Source: Felis catus (lineage: Eukaryota). Taken from it: a stretch of DNA of 64,000 nt. Of the stretch, positions 13,843 through 27,916 are shown one piece after another. The stretch spans positions 152,088,001 to 152,152,000 of the forward strand of contig NC_058368.1 in assembly GCF_018350175.1 (NCBI RefSeq), given 5' to 3'. Under the pieces are notes generated by a model. The model saw only the letters and a list, made by a program, of their open reading frames with translations, was not told where the DNA came from and did no database searches. The position numbers and the translations under genes are program-made. Numbering within the stretch: the first letter of the stretch is position 1; the number at the start of each line of letters is the position of its first letter.

Positions 13843-14933
13843 ATTGAACCTGTTCAAATTAAGCAATTTGTTCAAGAAATGACAGCAGCCAGAGAAAAAG
13901 TGAAAATGTTTTCAACATATATAATGAAGGACTAGGATACAGAATCTCCAAAAAACATCTAATAAATAAGAACACAGAGAAGAGAAAATGAGCAAAGGAT
14001 TGAACAAGTACTTCATACAAAAAGGAAATCCAAACGAAAAAGAAATAAATGGCATTATTTTTCAGGAAAATGTAAATTAAGTCTACAATAAGGTAAGCAT
14101 TATATATCCACTAGATTGGCCAAAAAAAAAAATTATGTCTGACAACACCAAGTGTTGGCAAACATGTTATGCAAACAAATATTTACACTTCTGGCCATTG
14201 TGTAAACTGGCAAACTACTCTGGAAAATGGTTTGAGGTAATCTAGCAAATTTGAATGCACACATTTCTTTTGATCCAGAAATTCCATTTCTCAGTTTAAA
14301 CTCTAAAGAAACACTTACATATACATACCAGGAGAACATTCATAATAGCACTGCTTATAAAAGCAAATTCTCATTAAATATCTAATAAATAAATCAAGGT
14401 GTGATCATACAATGGAATGTTGGAGACCACTAGAAAGTCAATTAATTACCTTTACATGTATTAATTACATTTACCTGCATCAGTGTCTGAATCTCTGAAA
14501 CTTAACATTAAGTGAAAAAGTAAATCCCTGAATACATATTGTTCTATTTATGGAAAGTTAAAGATAACTTGCAAAAGCATGCAATATATGGCTTACTATT
14601 AGAAACATATGGTTAAAAACATAAAGGCAAACAAATGATAAACACAAATTTAGTGATTTTCTCTGAGTTATATGGGAATGGATTGGATTCAGAAAAAGGT
14701 ACACAAAAGATTTCAAAGGAATAATGTTCCATTTTATAATTCTGTGATCTGTACATAAGCATTCTTTGCATAATGATATTTAAGTTACCTATATTTTATA
14801 AATATTTCTTTGAATCCACTCAATATTTTATAAAACAATTAAAAGTATTAGTGTAAAGTGAATGGTTTTATTGATCCTCATATATTCAATACAATTGATT
14901 GTAAAGGTAATATTGTCCAAAATCAGCATAGAA

Positions 14934-16961
14934 TCAGCAATCAGACAACAAAAGGAAATCAAAGACATCAAAATTGGCAAAGATGAAGTCAAGCTTTCAC
15001 TTTTTTGCAGATGACATGATATTATACATGGAAAATCCGATAGACTCCACCAAAAGTCTGCTAGAACTGATACTTGAATTCAGCAAAATTGCAGGATACA
15101 AAATCAATGTACAGAAATCAGTTGCATTCTTATACACTAATAATGAAGCAACAGAAAGACAAATAAAGAAACTGATCCCATTCACAATTGCACCAAGAAG
15201 CATAAAATACCTAGGAATAAATCTAACCAAAGATGTACAAGATCTGTATGCTGAAAACTACAGAAAGCTTATGAAAGAAATTAAGGAAGATATAAAGAAA
15301 TGGAAAGACATTCCCTGCTCATGGATTGGAAAAATAAATATTGTCAAAATGTCAATACTACCCAAAGTGATCTACACATTCAATGCAATCCCAATCAAAA
15401 TTGCACTAGCATTCTTCTCGAAGCTAGAACAAGCAATCCTAAAATTCATATGGAACCACAAAAGGCCCCGAATAGCCAAAGTAATTTTGAAGAAGAAGAC
15501 CAAAGCAGGAGGCATCACAATCCCAGACTTTAGCCTCTACTACAAAGCTGTCATCATCAAGACAGCATGGTATTGGCACAAAAACAGACACATAGACCAA
15601 TGGAATAGAACAGAAACCCCAGAACTAGACCCACAAAAGTATGGCCAACTAATCTTTGACAAAGCAGGAAAGAATATCCAATGGCAAAAAAGACAGACTT
15701 TTTAACAAATGGTGCTGGGAGAACTGGACAGCAACATGCAGAAGAATGAAACTAGACCACTTTCTCTCACCATTCACAAAAATAAACTCAAAATGGATAA
15801 AGGACCTGAATGTGAGACAGGAAACCATCAAAACCCTAGAGGAGAAAGCAGTAAAAGACCTCTCCGACCTCAGCCACAGCAATTTCTTACTTGACACATC
15901 CCCAAAGGCAAGGGAATTAAAAGCAAAAATGAACTATTGGGATCTCATGAAGATAAAAAGCTTCTGCACAGCAAAGGAAACAACCAACAAAACTAAAAGG
16001 CAACCAACGGAATGGGAAAAGATATTTGCAAATGACATATTGGACAAAGGGCTAGTATCCAAAATCTATAAAGAGCTCACCAAACTCCACACCCAAAAAA
16101 CAAATAATCCAGTGAAGAAATGGGCAGAAAACACGAATAGACACTTCTCTAAAGAAGACATCCAGATGGCCAACAGCCACATGAAAAGGTGCTCAACATC
16201 GCTCCTCATCAGGGAAATACAAATCAAAACCACACTCAGATATCACCACACGCCAGTCAGAGTGGCTAAAATGAACAAATCAGGAGACTATAGATGCTGG
16301 AGAGGATGTGGAGAAACGGGAACCCTCTTGCACTGTTGGTGGGAATGCAAACTGGTGCAGCCACTCTGGAAAACAGTGTGGAGGTTCCTCAAAAAATGAA
16401 AAATAGACCTACCCTATGACCCAGCAGTAGCACTGTTAGGAATTTACCCAAGGGATACAGGAGTTCTGATGCATAGGGGCATTTGTACCCCATTGTTTAT
16501 AGCAGCACTCTCAACAATAGCCAAATTATGGAAAGAGCCTAAATGTACATCAACTGATAAATGGATAAAGAAATTGTGGTTTATATACACAATGGAGTAC
16601 TACAGGGCAATGAGAAAGAACGAAATATGGCCCTTTGTAGCAACGTGGATGGAACTGGAGAGTGTGATGCTAAGTGAAATAAGCCATACAGAGAAAGACA
16701 GATACCATGTTTTCACTCTTATGTGGAGCCTAAGAAACTTAACAGAAACCCATGGGGGAGGGGAAGGAAAACAAAAAGAGGTTAAAGTGGGAGAGAGCCA
16801 AAGCATAAGAGACTCTTAAAAACTGAGAACTGAGGGTTGATGGGGTGTGGGAGGGTGGGGAGGGTAGGTGATGGGCACTGAAGAGGGCATCTTTTGGGAT
16901 GAGCACTGGGTGTTGTGTGGAAACCAATTAGACAATAAATTTTATTTAAAAAAATGGAAAA
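14934..16961 (+). mobile_element. Young 5'-truncated felid L1 (ORF2 RT/C-terminal part plus 3' UTR), disrupted
   Basis: ORF2 peptides [35 protein letters not shown]. Frameshifts near 15000 and 15690 and a stop at 16397. G-rich 3' UTR and aataaa. 15 bp TSD AAAATCAGCATAGAA at 14919-14933 and 16962-16976. Confidence 0.97.
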
Positions 16962-18087
16962 AAAATCAGCATAGAACTAGCAACCAAAGATTCTGTAACG
17001 TATCAGCCTGTACCACATCAAACACTGAAAATAATTTCAAAAATTTCTTTAATTTTAGTCTCTATTTGGAGCCATCATTGAATTCTATTTCCTTACTTGT
17101 ATTTAGTAAATGATGAACTAGGGCCCAAAAATTGAATGAAAAAGTCCACACAATGATTAAATGTTTATCAATATGTTAATATATGTTAATTCAATAGGCA
17201 TTTACTGAGTACCAAATACATATATATACAAGGCAATATGTCTAGTGTTGTGAAGTTCACAAGAATACAGAGGAAACTCAGATCTTCTCCACCTCTCACC
17301 TGGAATTCCTAAATAAGCATCTCATTGTCTGTCTCTCTCTGTCTCTCTCTGTCTCTCTCTCCCTCTCCCCCCATCCTGTCCCTAGCAAACCCACACCAAC
17401 CATCTTCTTATTGCTCCCACACCCAAATTTCTACTGTATAGCACCTAACACAGTACCCAAATTATGATAAAATGTTAAGTGGATTTCTCTCATTATTTTT
17501 TTTCCTTGAAAACCTCTGGTGGTCCCCATTACATTCAGGGACCATACATTTTAATGCATGCCAAGCCCAGATGAAAGAACCCTAACAAGAGGAAGAAAAG
17601 ATATGGAGAACAGAAGCCCTACATAAAAAAGGCAGCAGCTAACCTGTTCCAGCCACATAATGCCTCACAGGAATGGAGGCTCGGTGTTTTTCTTTCTTAA
17701 GAAAAGCATAGAATCTGGATTTTTATCAAAATCACTTGACTTTTCAATTCATTTTCAAAACCATACCTTTTGACCTCTAAAATAAAGCAGGGTTCTCTCC
17801 TTGACATAGCATGCAGGGCTCTTCGAACTCTGTTTCCAAACTAACTTCCTTCTGTCTCTTCCCACACTCTTATGTTCTGTGCTCAGACTTCCTGAACACG
17901 CCATGTTCTTCAACGTTTCCAAGATGGGCACATAGTTAGAATGAGGGCCAATCCCGGACACAAGTCCATTCACCTCTAAGGACTGCACTCAAACACACCT
18001 CTACTTGAAAGTCCTCCTTAACACCTAAGGGACAAAGTCAGCCATGGTTTACTATATCTGTCTCCTTTTCTTTGTTCATGTACATAC

Positions 18088-18285
18088 AGGCTGTCCCTGA
18101 CTCTCATATTTTCAGCTTCTGAACAGCCAACACTTTCATGCATTATACATCGACACTCCAAAGTGCCTTTTGTATGCCAAATCCAGACTTTCATACATCA
18201 GCAGATCAACGAACATTTTGCACTAATGTGTGGTGGCACCGCCTGACAGCCAAGAGTTCTGTTTGGGCAGTCATGCCATCTTTGT
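18088..18285 (-). pseudogene. Relic exon, domain J (helix 1-4)
   Basis: ctgctcttacag|ACAAAG...GCCT|gtatgt. Reads QNSWLSG..CKMFVDLLMYESLDLAYKRHF..YNA*KCWL / VQKLK, compared with RGS22 SKWISSSCKIIAFRKALL..FQRF..ENGLLFWQEVQKYK (recalled). Confidence 0.65.
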
Positions 18286-19257
18286 CTGTAAGAGCAGGCT
18301 TTATGTAATTATTTGAATGTTTTTTGCTCTTTGCCCTTATTATTTTGCCAAAATGAGTGGAAAATGAACATTGAGAATGCTGATAATGGTGATAAAATCA
18401 TAGGTCTCATAAGCTTAATACAGATGAAACAAAGATGAAATCATTAGTCATTCCCATTATGGTACATCTTTAACCCCAATCAGGCTCTTATTAGATTTAA
18501 ACCCAGTCAACTGTGGTTCAATTATGAAGGAAAAATATAATATTAAGGACCTTGTATTAAATACTGGAAATAAGTTGTTAAAGATTGCATGTAAATGGCA
18601 AAGTATAATTAGAGTTTATGTCATATATACTTTAAACTTCAAGGGAAAAAAACACTCTGTAAAACATGTAAGTCTATTTTTTTTAATTTAACATTATGAT
18701 TCTATTATGTGCTTAAAGAATGTATTAAGTATGAATCCAGGGATATTTGATGAGTTCTTTCATTGGGAATCATAGTCCTTTTTACTATATCCTTAACCTT
18801 TGGGAGTCCTTGATCAACTTGCTCCCTCATTTGGTCAGTCACCCACATACCATCAGAGTACTAAAAAATCTAGACTTACTCATCCTCCACTTGATTGGTG
18901 ACTACCAATTCCAAGATGGAGGCTACAGTCAGTATACCTTCTGCCACCAGCAGATACGAAATAACTGATTTAGAGCAAAGATGGCACATACCTTGTGGAC
19001 CATAGAGATAAGACCTCAAGTATTGGGGAATGAAAGAAAGAGTTCTAACAATTTCTGACTATATGTCAGGTACTGTGTTTATGTCACTTCATAATCCTCA
19101 TAAAATCTTGTCAAGGGCCATTGAACAGATGAGGAAAATGAGCTCAGAGAGCTTAAGTAACTTACCCAAAGTCATACATACACACAACTAGCCAAGCTGC
19201 AATTTAAAAACCAACTGTATCTGAGTCCAAACGTATCCTCTTTCAAAAGCACAATGC

Positions 19258-19596
19258 CTTCAGTGTGTTCAGTATTACAAACACTGGTCAAGGCTATTAT
19301 TAAATGATCAAATGATGATTGTTCTTCTGGCCCATCCTTTCAACTTTTTCCTCTGTTTATGATGATTTTTCTTTTTCAGAAAGTTCTAATGCAGCCATTT
19401 CTCAAATGGTTGGTTTGAATAGCTGCTACAAAGAAACATCCTGTTCTTCACCCAATAGGTGGTGATTTTAAAAATATTAAATGTTTTACACAGTTCACTT
19501 ACAGCCAAAATTTTCTGAAACCAACTCCTTTTGTTCTTCTCAGTAGTGAACTTAGCCTGTGTGCATCTTCTCACAGTTTTTCCATTCAAAGAGATT
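19258..19596 (-). pseudogene. Two relic exons (about 19596-19503 and 19425-19258) separated by a 77 nt intron; domain I helix 7-8 and linker
   Basis: Intron gtaagt...gtttctttgtag at 19502-19426. First exon mosaic KL*EDAHRLSSLLR / SWFQKILA. Outer boundaries uncertain. Confidence 0.5.
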
Positions 19597-19899
19597 TTAA
19601 ATTTCATGATACACATGAAAGTGATGAATAGTGTGTGCAGTAAGATGAAAATCACACCTACATTACCTGCTCACAGTCATGTGCCATGTGATGCCATGGG
19701 ATCACAGCAATTTCAGATTTTTGACTCTATAAATTTATGCTCAAATACATGAATGAATAACTGAGGATTATTCTTGTGAATGTCTCAGTCCCTTTTCTTA
19801 ATTTCTCACTACCCTCTTTCTCCTTGAGGCATTGTAGTTAGTACCTACAAATCTAAAAATATCTATGGGTCTTAAAGTTTTCCAATATCCACCTGTCCA

Positions 19900-20450
19900 A
19901 GCCCATTAGCTTGTTTTCTTTGTCTTCTTTGTGGAAATTAATATGGGTATTTCCCTTGTACTATTTCTGTCTTGTGTTCTGGCTCTTCTGAAAGAGGACT
20001 ATGAGAGGTTAGGACTCTATTCTCTGGTTCAATCACCTACCTGCATCTAGATCTACTTCTACCCGCTGCGAGTCCACTGAAGACATTATTGGTGGCCCTG
20101 TCAGAGATATATTAATTCTTTTACCTGCTGCTGTTAGCTCATATCTTCAACCTCCTCAGAAAGATAACCCCACAGGATCTTGAGATCACCAAACTAAAGG
20201 TACCTGAGAGAAACACCTCCCTTTGGGTGACTCTGAACGAGTGAGTGGCTAATGTGGTTGCAAAAGCCCTACTTCCTTAAGGTGGGACAGACTCTCTGAT
20301 GCAATTTATGTTCCAGTGCTTCCCTGTGGGATCAGGCTAATGTTGGACCCCTAAACCAAGTCTCTGCTTAGCTTTTTCCCTTTCCCTATCCTCCTCTCTC
20401 ACTCATTCACAAACTTCTCCCTAACACATACTCTCCTTCCTAGTTTTAGG
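19900..20450. mobile_element. Probable ERVL LTR (LTR16-like)
   Basis: Phrases such as gggacagactctctgatgcaatttatgttccagtgcttccctgtgggatcaggct; family name tentative. Confidence 0.5.
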
Positions 20451-22402
20451 CATTGTCTTAGGTGAGGCTCTGCTTCTAAGCAAACTGATCTAGGGAAAAT
20501 GCCTAAAACCAAAAGACAGTATGTGGATTTTGTTTTCCTATAATCAGTGGCCATAACCCAGTTTACTGGTTGTGTGACTACAAAATTTTAGACTGTGGGA
20601 TGTTCCTCCTAAAATCTGTTACTTTTCTGCTGTATCCAACTGGAGCTAAAAATGGATGTTGTAATCCAGCCTGGTAATATAAAATCACTTTCTGTCCACC
20701 CCTTCATGCCTTAACCAGCTTCTGTATGTACCTGTTGCTGTCCTAGAACAAAAGAGAACCCGGTAGTATTGCTAAGATAGAGATTCAGAACCTCAAGACT
20801 CGTGGACCTATGGATGCCATGGCTCTATGGGTAACTGAGGGTAACTTCCTTCTTTGATAGGAAGAAGCCTCAGAATTGAAGAAATAATCAGCATAAATCT
20901 ACTCCAAGAAGACAAAAATAAATTCCAAAGCAGAGTTCACAATAGGATCAAGAGATGAATCAAGAAGGTTTGGGAGAGTGAATTCCAGGCTGAGCATTGA
21001 CACAGTATGTGCATTCATGGCCTAGGTATAAGTAGTCACCTTTTACAACACAGCTATTTTTCATACACTTGGAGGATGAAACTCTATTCATATTCTTGGA
21101 AATCAATAGGCCTGTTTTCTTCTGGCTCCCAGAATGCACTTTTGAAAACTAAGCCCACTTACCATTCCACCACCACGAACCTTTAAGTTTGTGATGAGTT
21201 CCCTCCAGTTAAGATTCTTGTAGGCTATTCTCCCTGAGTATCTGACTTCCTTGCTATAAGGACAACTATACAGAAGCCGGATTTCCTGTAGTCTTGTGTT
21301 TCCAAACCACTGTATTCTGTTGCCACATAAGAAATAATGGCATTTCGTAACAATGATTTTAATTAATTAACATTAATTTTGACCATTCAAGCTATTATAT
21401 ACTACTTTTAATTGTATACCTGCTTCCATTTCCCTGACTAGATTAAAAGTTCCTAGAAGAGCCATATTAATACCCTATTCAAATCTTAGTCTTTTGCCAG
21501 AGTAGATCCTCCATGTATTTTTAGGATGGATGAATAGCACATTATTTATTGAACAAGGAATTATTGTGCACCTATGCACTACCAACGTTTCTAGCCATTT
21601 GTATATCATTTTGAATGATACAAACGTGACAGTCTCTTCATGGAATTTTACATTTGATTGAGCAAAAATGATCAATAAAGAAATTACAGATAGTAGTTAA
21701 AGTTTTACACAGGCAACAAAAGAAGAAGGTATAAGAGAAAAGAACTTGTGTAGGAGAGAGGCCCCTTTAATTATAGTGCTGAGGGGGGGTCGTCTGAAGA
21801 AGTGATTCTCTGGCTGAGAAATAAAGGACAAGAGAGATGAAACTAAACTGGGAGGAGGCACTGGCAAGCATAAAGTTTCTGAAGTAAGAAACAGAAAGAA
21901 ACATGTTGAAGAAGCAGATAGAAGGTCAGTGAGGTTGAAAGGCAGTGTGAGGAAGATGAGTTCTACCAGATGCAGCCTAAGAGAAAGACAAAGGCAGATC
22001 AGGCTAAATCACTGTTTCTTAAGATTCAGCCACACATACCGGCATGAGCTGCATCATTCGCAAGACCAGTGCAAAATGAAGATGTGGAGCTTCTTATTTA
22101 AAAAAAAAAAAAAAGGAGGGAAATGCAGCTTAAAATACTGAAGTACTAAAACATAACCCGTTTCGCTTTCCTCTTCAATCTCTTCCAATCTGTCATGATG
22201 TTATTTATTTGCTATTTAATGTCTGACTCCCTCTGGCATGGGGATACTTGTCAGGTAACACATTGGGACACCTAGTGCCATGCTTCATCCCCAAACATGG
22301 CAGAGTATAAGCCTAACCCTTCACCTTCCCATACTCCTGATTCCCCTCAGAGATTGAGATGTTATAAGTTCTCTGGCTCAGAAAAACTGTTAACATCACT
22401 TT

Positions 22403-22592
22403 TTTTTAAGTTTATCCATCTATTCTGAGAGAGGAAGGGGAGGGGCAGAGAGAGAGGAAGAGAGAATCCCAAGCAGGCTATGCACTGTCAGCACAGAGCC
22501 CAATGTGGGGCTCGAACCCATGAACGCTGAGATCATGACGAGTCAAAATCAAGAGTCAGATGCTCAACTGACTTGAGCCACCCAGGCACCCC
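22403..22592 (-). mobile_element. CAN-SINE (older type)
   Basis: Ends gagccacccaggcacccc; TSD tgttaacatcacttt at 22388 and 22593. Confidence 0.93.
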
Positions 22593-24727
22593 TGTTAACA
22601 TCACTTTCAATGGAAAAACTAGGTTGTGGACAAGGTAACCCCTTGACAAATCAAACACAAAATGAAAGTACTTGAAACAATTATCAAGGAGTGATACACC
22701 TAAAATGATCATGTATTATATCCTTCAGCTTGCAGGAAATACTTCACAAATCCAAAATCTAGAGATTAGAGATGGTCAAGAGAGAGCTGATGAACGTCTT
22801 ACCATTCTGTTCCTTTTTCCCCCCTTTTTGCTAAATTCCTAGTTAAATCCCAAGATTTCTGTTTAAACCAGCATTTTCTCATTCAGTATTTGTTGATTAC
22901 CCACCATATGCCAGGCACATACCTGAATACATTAACTCCCAAACTGAAACGCAAACCACAATATAACTAAAACTTAGCTTCTTATATGGTACAGTGTTTT
23001 TACAATGAGAGTTCCATGTTCCCTATGAAACTGAATTTACAAATTTAGCATTTTTTAATGTCCTAAATAGTAGTCCATCTTATTTAACACCTGAAACTCT
23101 CAGACAGATTTCCACATTTGTAGATGAGGTAACTGAGGAGCAGAGCTGTTAGGTAATTGGGGGAGTCACACAAAAGGAGAATGAGCTTTCAACTCAGGGT
23201 TTTCCCACTGTAAAGACTTTGAATTTTTCCTATAAATCACCCATCCCCCTTCTTCCTCTTCTTCACTGAATTACCATGCCGTTTCTATCCTCACATTCGG
23301 AAGTATTCCATAAGTCAACAATTCTGAAATACCTATTTCAAAAGAAAAGCCTATCCTGTTTGTATTTAGTTTTAGAAGAGCTGTACTTGAAATTGTTTGA
23401 ATTGCCTACAAGAAATATTGAATTCAATATTAGTAAACTTCAACACTTGTACATAGTACTCGCTATAAATGTTAAACGTAAATGAATGTCTCAGTGAAAT
23501 ACGCAAAATCAAGCATGGAATTAGGTTATTCAAAGAAATACGTTTGTGACTTGTTATTTACTACTTTGTTTGCAAGGATCACATCTTCCCCAAACTCTAA
23601 CAAGTCCATGTCTGTGCTGAAAGAGAGGTCTATAGATCAAGGCAGTGATTTTCTGAATGCATCAAAAGTCTCAGAGCATTCCCAGGGATCTGCTGATTAA
23701 CCCAGTAGGATATTAATTATGAACACATCTGCCATTCTTATTTTTTGTTCTTTTTCTTTAAATAGGAGTGGAGTAATTCAGACCTGAGTGTATGATTAGG
23801 TGTAGCAAGCAGTACATAATAAGCTAGATTTAGATACATATATGAAGCATTAGATAAAATAAAACCCTTTACTAGAAAACATAACTTGGAGATTAAATGT
23901 TTAAAGTAGGGAAAGTGTTTTTTTTTTTTCTTTTAAAGCTTAACCTTAAATGAAACAGCACATGAGGTGGGTGAATGTGAAAGAATAGATAGCTTCATTG
24001 TTTCTGGAGAACAAGAGTATTTATAGTTCCTTACTTTGTGACTCATCACTGTGCTGTAAAATATTTGGGGTATTACTCATAACTACAAAAAAGACACAGA
24101 ATAGAACAGTTTGATGTTAGGGCAAGGGACAAGGTGAACAATCTGGCATTCTACTTGTGACATTCTCATAAGAAATAGAACAATTTCTATAATTTCTGGC
24201 TGCTCTTCTTTCTCTATAAAAATGAATATATCATTCAAAATAAGTGATAATCCATGTGCCTCAAATCTAAAACTATCAAAACTGGCAAACTGGAAATAAT
24301 ATATAGGGAGTACAGGAAATGTAGCAGATTGTAAATGAACCCCCTCTCACCTGCACCATAGATTTTTTTTTTGAGCAATGTAAATTTATGATTATTATGA
24401 AGACATGCTTTGGGGAGCAAACATATTATTCCAAGGGCATTTTCTTCAAACATTCCTTCTCTCTACAGATAAGATAAGCACCAGAAGGAAAAAGACCTAA
24501 CAAAAATGGGGGGAAGTATTGATAATGGATGAGATCACTAAAATCCTGTAATGCATTAATAAATACATACATACATACATACAGACATACATACATACAC
24601 ATATTTTTGCAGATAAGACTAGTAATTTTAAGCAATAGCTTATTAATAGAAAACAATTCATTTTATAGCCTGTTTCTTATCTTTTTCACTAGGTACTAAA
24701 TACACTCTAAAATGAAGTTAACTTTTA

Positions 24728-24957
24728 GAGTGCATGGGTGGCTCAGTTGGTTAAGTGTCTGACTTTAGCTCAGGTCTTGATCTCACAGTTTGTGAGTTTA
24801 AGACCCACACTGGGCTCTGTGCTGACAGCTTGGAGCCTGGAGCCTGCTTCAGATTTTGTGTCCCCCTCTCCTTCTGTCCCTCCCCCACTTGCACTCTATC
24901 TCTCTCTCTCTCAAAAATAAATAATAAACATTAAACTTATAAATAAAAGTAAAAAAA
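24728..24957 (+). mobile_element. CAN-SINE
   Basis: gggtggctcagttggttaag head; TSD taaaatga(a/g)gttaacttt. Confidence 0.93.
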
Positions 24958-25605
24958 TAAAATGAGGTTAACTTTCCACAACATTAGTTCTTCTTAAAGA
25001 AAATGCTGATTAATGATGAGCTGCTCTAAACCTATGTCTTGAGAGAACAACATGTCCCAAAGTCACTTACTTCCCAGGAATACAATTTTAACATTAACCT
25101 TTCATGAAAACTATAGTAATTTTTCTTTGTTACTTACTTTTACCTATAATCACTATTAAACTCAGTCAATTATATTTCTAGCATTTTGCCATTAAGATTT
25201 TCATCCTTCACAAAGATTATACTTGGCCAAGTTTTTAGATTTTGTATTTGTTCTAAAGGATAAGCTGAACGTTGGCATAATGGAGAAGCTACCCTTTAAT
25301 GGCAAAAACCACTGGTAATAGCTTATTCTGAAATAATGTTAAGTACTGGTATGGGTTTAGAATTGTGGTAGGGACACATACAATATATCTATATCAAAAT
25401 ATATGAAATAAGTATAGCTGGCCTGGGTTCCTGCAAAATGGTAAACTATCACTTAATGGTTTTATCTCCCAGAATATTAATCCAGGAAACTGCAAAGAAA
25501 TATGAAAAAGATGAATGGTTCTGCCAGTCTATCTAGAAACTGTTGAAAAATTCTGGACTAACCAAAGGTAGAGGTTCTGGAATATGTCTGTGTGTGTTGG
25601 GAAGT

Positions 25606-25812
25606 AGTGTTCTCAACCTTGACACTCTTGACATTTTTGGTCAGATAATCATTTGTTGAGTGGGGTTGCCCAGGGCATTATGGAACTTTTAGCAGCATCC
25701 CTGCCCTCTATTTACTAAATGCCAGTAGCACATGTACCACTCATCCCTCTAGTCATAAAAATCAAAAATGCATCCAGATATTTACAATCTTCCTTGGAAG
25801 GCATTGAGAATC
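25606..25812. mobile_element. MER20-like hAT DNA element
   Basis: ttctcaaccttgacact.ttgacattttt..cagataat..tttagcagcatccctg.cctcta..aatgccagtagca..ttgagaatca. Confidence 0.8.
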
Positions 25813-25829
25813 ATAGATATAGATGATTC

Positions 25830-27088
25830 CAACCCATGTCTCTTCTAAAACCTGTATCAGGACACATGTACAGCCTCTAATTTATGATACAGCAAAAATT
25901 ATGGGTTAATAAAATGACTCATTGCAAAAATAAAATGAAGGATACAGCCCTTTGATTCAGGCCTAATAGCTTTAAGGTAGCCACAATCAAATTGAGAGAG
26001 AAAAAGGTATTAGGATAAAAAACATTTAGCAGGTTAAAGGACACTATCTAAAAAAGAATTTGGGGTGTGCTTCCAGTACATGAAACTTACTGGAAATATA
26101 GATTTGAAACCCACTAAGTTTGTAAAACAACTGCATTGCCTAAGAAACCACATGACTGGTTGAAAAATCATGCAGCTTCTCAAAATTTAAGACAACTCTT
26201 GGGCCACCAGCCTTCCAAGAGCAGGAAATGTGCTGAGAAAAAGGTGCTAAGTCAAAGACGGCACATTTCTCAGCATCCACTTCACATGTGACCAATGAGA
26301 ACAACAGACAAAGAAATAGAGCAGAATTATGACCTAATTAAGGAACCCCCTCACCCATTCTCTGCCCATCCCTCACCTCCTCAAGGTAGGGACCTTCACC
26401 TTATCTGTGCAGGGATTTCACATTTGTTGCTACCCAAGGACTGTGAGCTGTTTTCAATCCTTCCCCTTTCCTAATATGAGAATTCCATTGTTGTGTATGT
26501 GGAGGAGAGCAGATATAATTTGTCTTTCAAGTTCATGAAACTCTGGAAAAAGTGAAGACACAATTAGACCTAATTCACAGGCTATCGTGAATTCAGGGTT
26601 CCTGGACTATAAATTAGATTCAGTGACTGAATAAATTTTAGATCCATCTCCTTGGAGAAGGGTTGAGTTTGTTCTACGAATGAGATGAAATTGGCAAGAG
26701 GATATTTCATGACTGGAAGGTTGGATTGTGGCAGAACACAAATATCCATATAGTTCTTTAAATTTCCCAGCCTCCCTTACACTTACATTAAAACTGTATG
26801 ACTACTTATTGCGTCCAAAGGAGTATAAACAGAAGTGACACTTATCAAGCAGTTAAACTTATTGAGGCAGTTTCTAGCACAGTGCTTCTTCTAAATCTCT
26901 CTTTTTCCCTTTGGTTGCCTCCTTGGAGGCCATATGTTGAGATGGTGGAGGAATAAAATGGAGTGAACCTGGATCTCTGTGTCACTGCATAAGGAAGAAA
27001 CTCTGCTGCCCTTCATCAGGCTTTGTTAAAGCACTGCAATTATAGGGTATATTTGTTACTGCACGGACTTAACTATCCTTTCCAATAC
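25830..27088 (+). mobile_element. MaLR remnant (MLT1 internal sequence plus LTR at about 26727-27088)
   Basis: LTR starts tgtggcag after a purine tract and ends tttgttactgca..ctatcctttccaataca. Confidence 0.55.
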
Positions 27089-27680
27089 AGTTCTTTAACC
27101 AAGAGTTCCAACATCATCACAAACACAGATAGAGGTAGAAAATATAAAGCTACCATGGGTCTTAGCTACAAACAGAGCTGACTGCTGGCAAAGATGTATT
27201 TAAGGTTTCATTTAGGATTCATTAGACAGTATGTTGCAAAGACATGAAAGACAAGGAGTCTTTCCCTACCCAACGCATTCTTCATACCTCTACCAGATTA
27301 ATTTTTAATCAAGATACCAATTACACAATTTTATTACTTAAAACCTATCTGATTTCTCCCATTGCCTACTAAATCACATCTTCATTCTGTCACTCAGAAT
27401 TTTCTGCACCATAAACCTAGCCCATGTTTCTAATTTTGTATATCAGTTCTCTCTTACCTTTATCCTACAATTGGGAAAATTGGGTTGTCTATCCTTACTT
27501 GTGCTCTTCTAAACCAGGATTTTTCCTAATATCGTTCCCTTTGGCCAAAATATTCTATCTTCCAATTCATATTCTACCTGCCCTTCAGGATCTATCTCAT
27601 CAGTTACATCTTCAGTAAAACCTTGCTTAATTCCATCAACTGGAATTATGTCCTCTTTTATAGCACTAATCAAATTTTGA

Positions 27681-27699
27681 TTTTTTTTTGTTTATTTAT

Positions 27700-27742
<43 letters not shown>

Positions 27743-27916
27743 ACATGCAAGCAAGTGGGGGGAGCAGAGATAGGGGGAGATAGTCCAAATCCCAAGCAAG
27801 TTCCGCACTGTTAGCACAGAGCCCAACGCAGGGCTTGAACCTATGAACCGTGAGATCACAACCTGAGCTGAAATCAAGAGCCAGAAGCTTAACCGACTGA
27901 GCCACCCAGGCACCCC
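27681..27916 (-). mobile_element. CAN-SINE with (GA)n
   Basis: tttatttattttgagagag...ttaaccgactgagccacccaggcacccc. Confidence 0.93.

Larger units (their letters stand above)
9575..14850 (+). mobile_element. Old, highly decayed L1 (L1M-type), with a nested CAN-SINE and a simple repeat
   Basis: A-rich L1 ORF1, ORF2 and 3' phrases (accagtgagttcta, ttttatgagactag, caagacaatgat..ttttattca, caaaaatcaaccc, ccagaaattccatttct) without long ORFs. Confidence 0.8.

Noticed and set aside
13543..13875. K/E/R-rich and F/S/L-rich ORFs of 100-110 aa
   Set aside because: They are translations of a (GAAA)n/(GGAAA)n microsatellite.
14974..16819. Three long ORFs (243, 247 and 116 aa) as a host gene
   Set aside because: They are frameshifted pieces of L1 ORF2 inside a TSD-flanked, truncated L1.
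18200..18285. Ankyrin-like reading DKDGMTA..LLAVRRCHHTLVQ
   Set aside because: It is a single isolated match with wrong spacing. Another frame of the same exon fits the RGS pattern and the order of the neighbouring exons.
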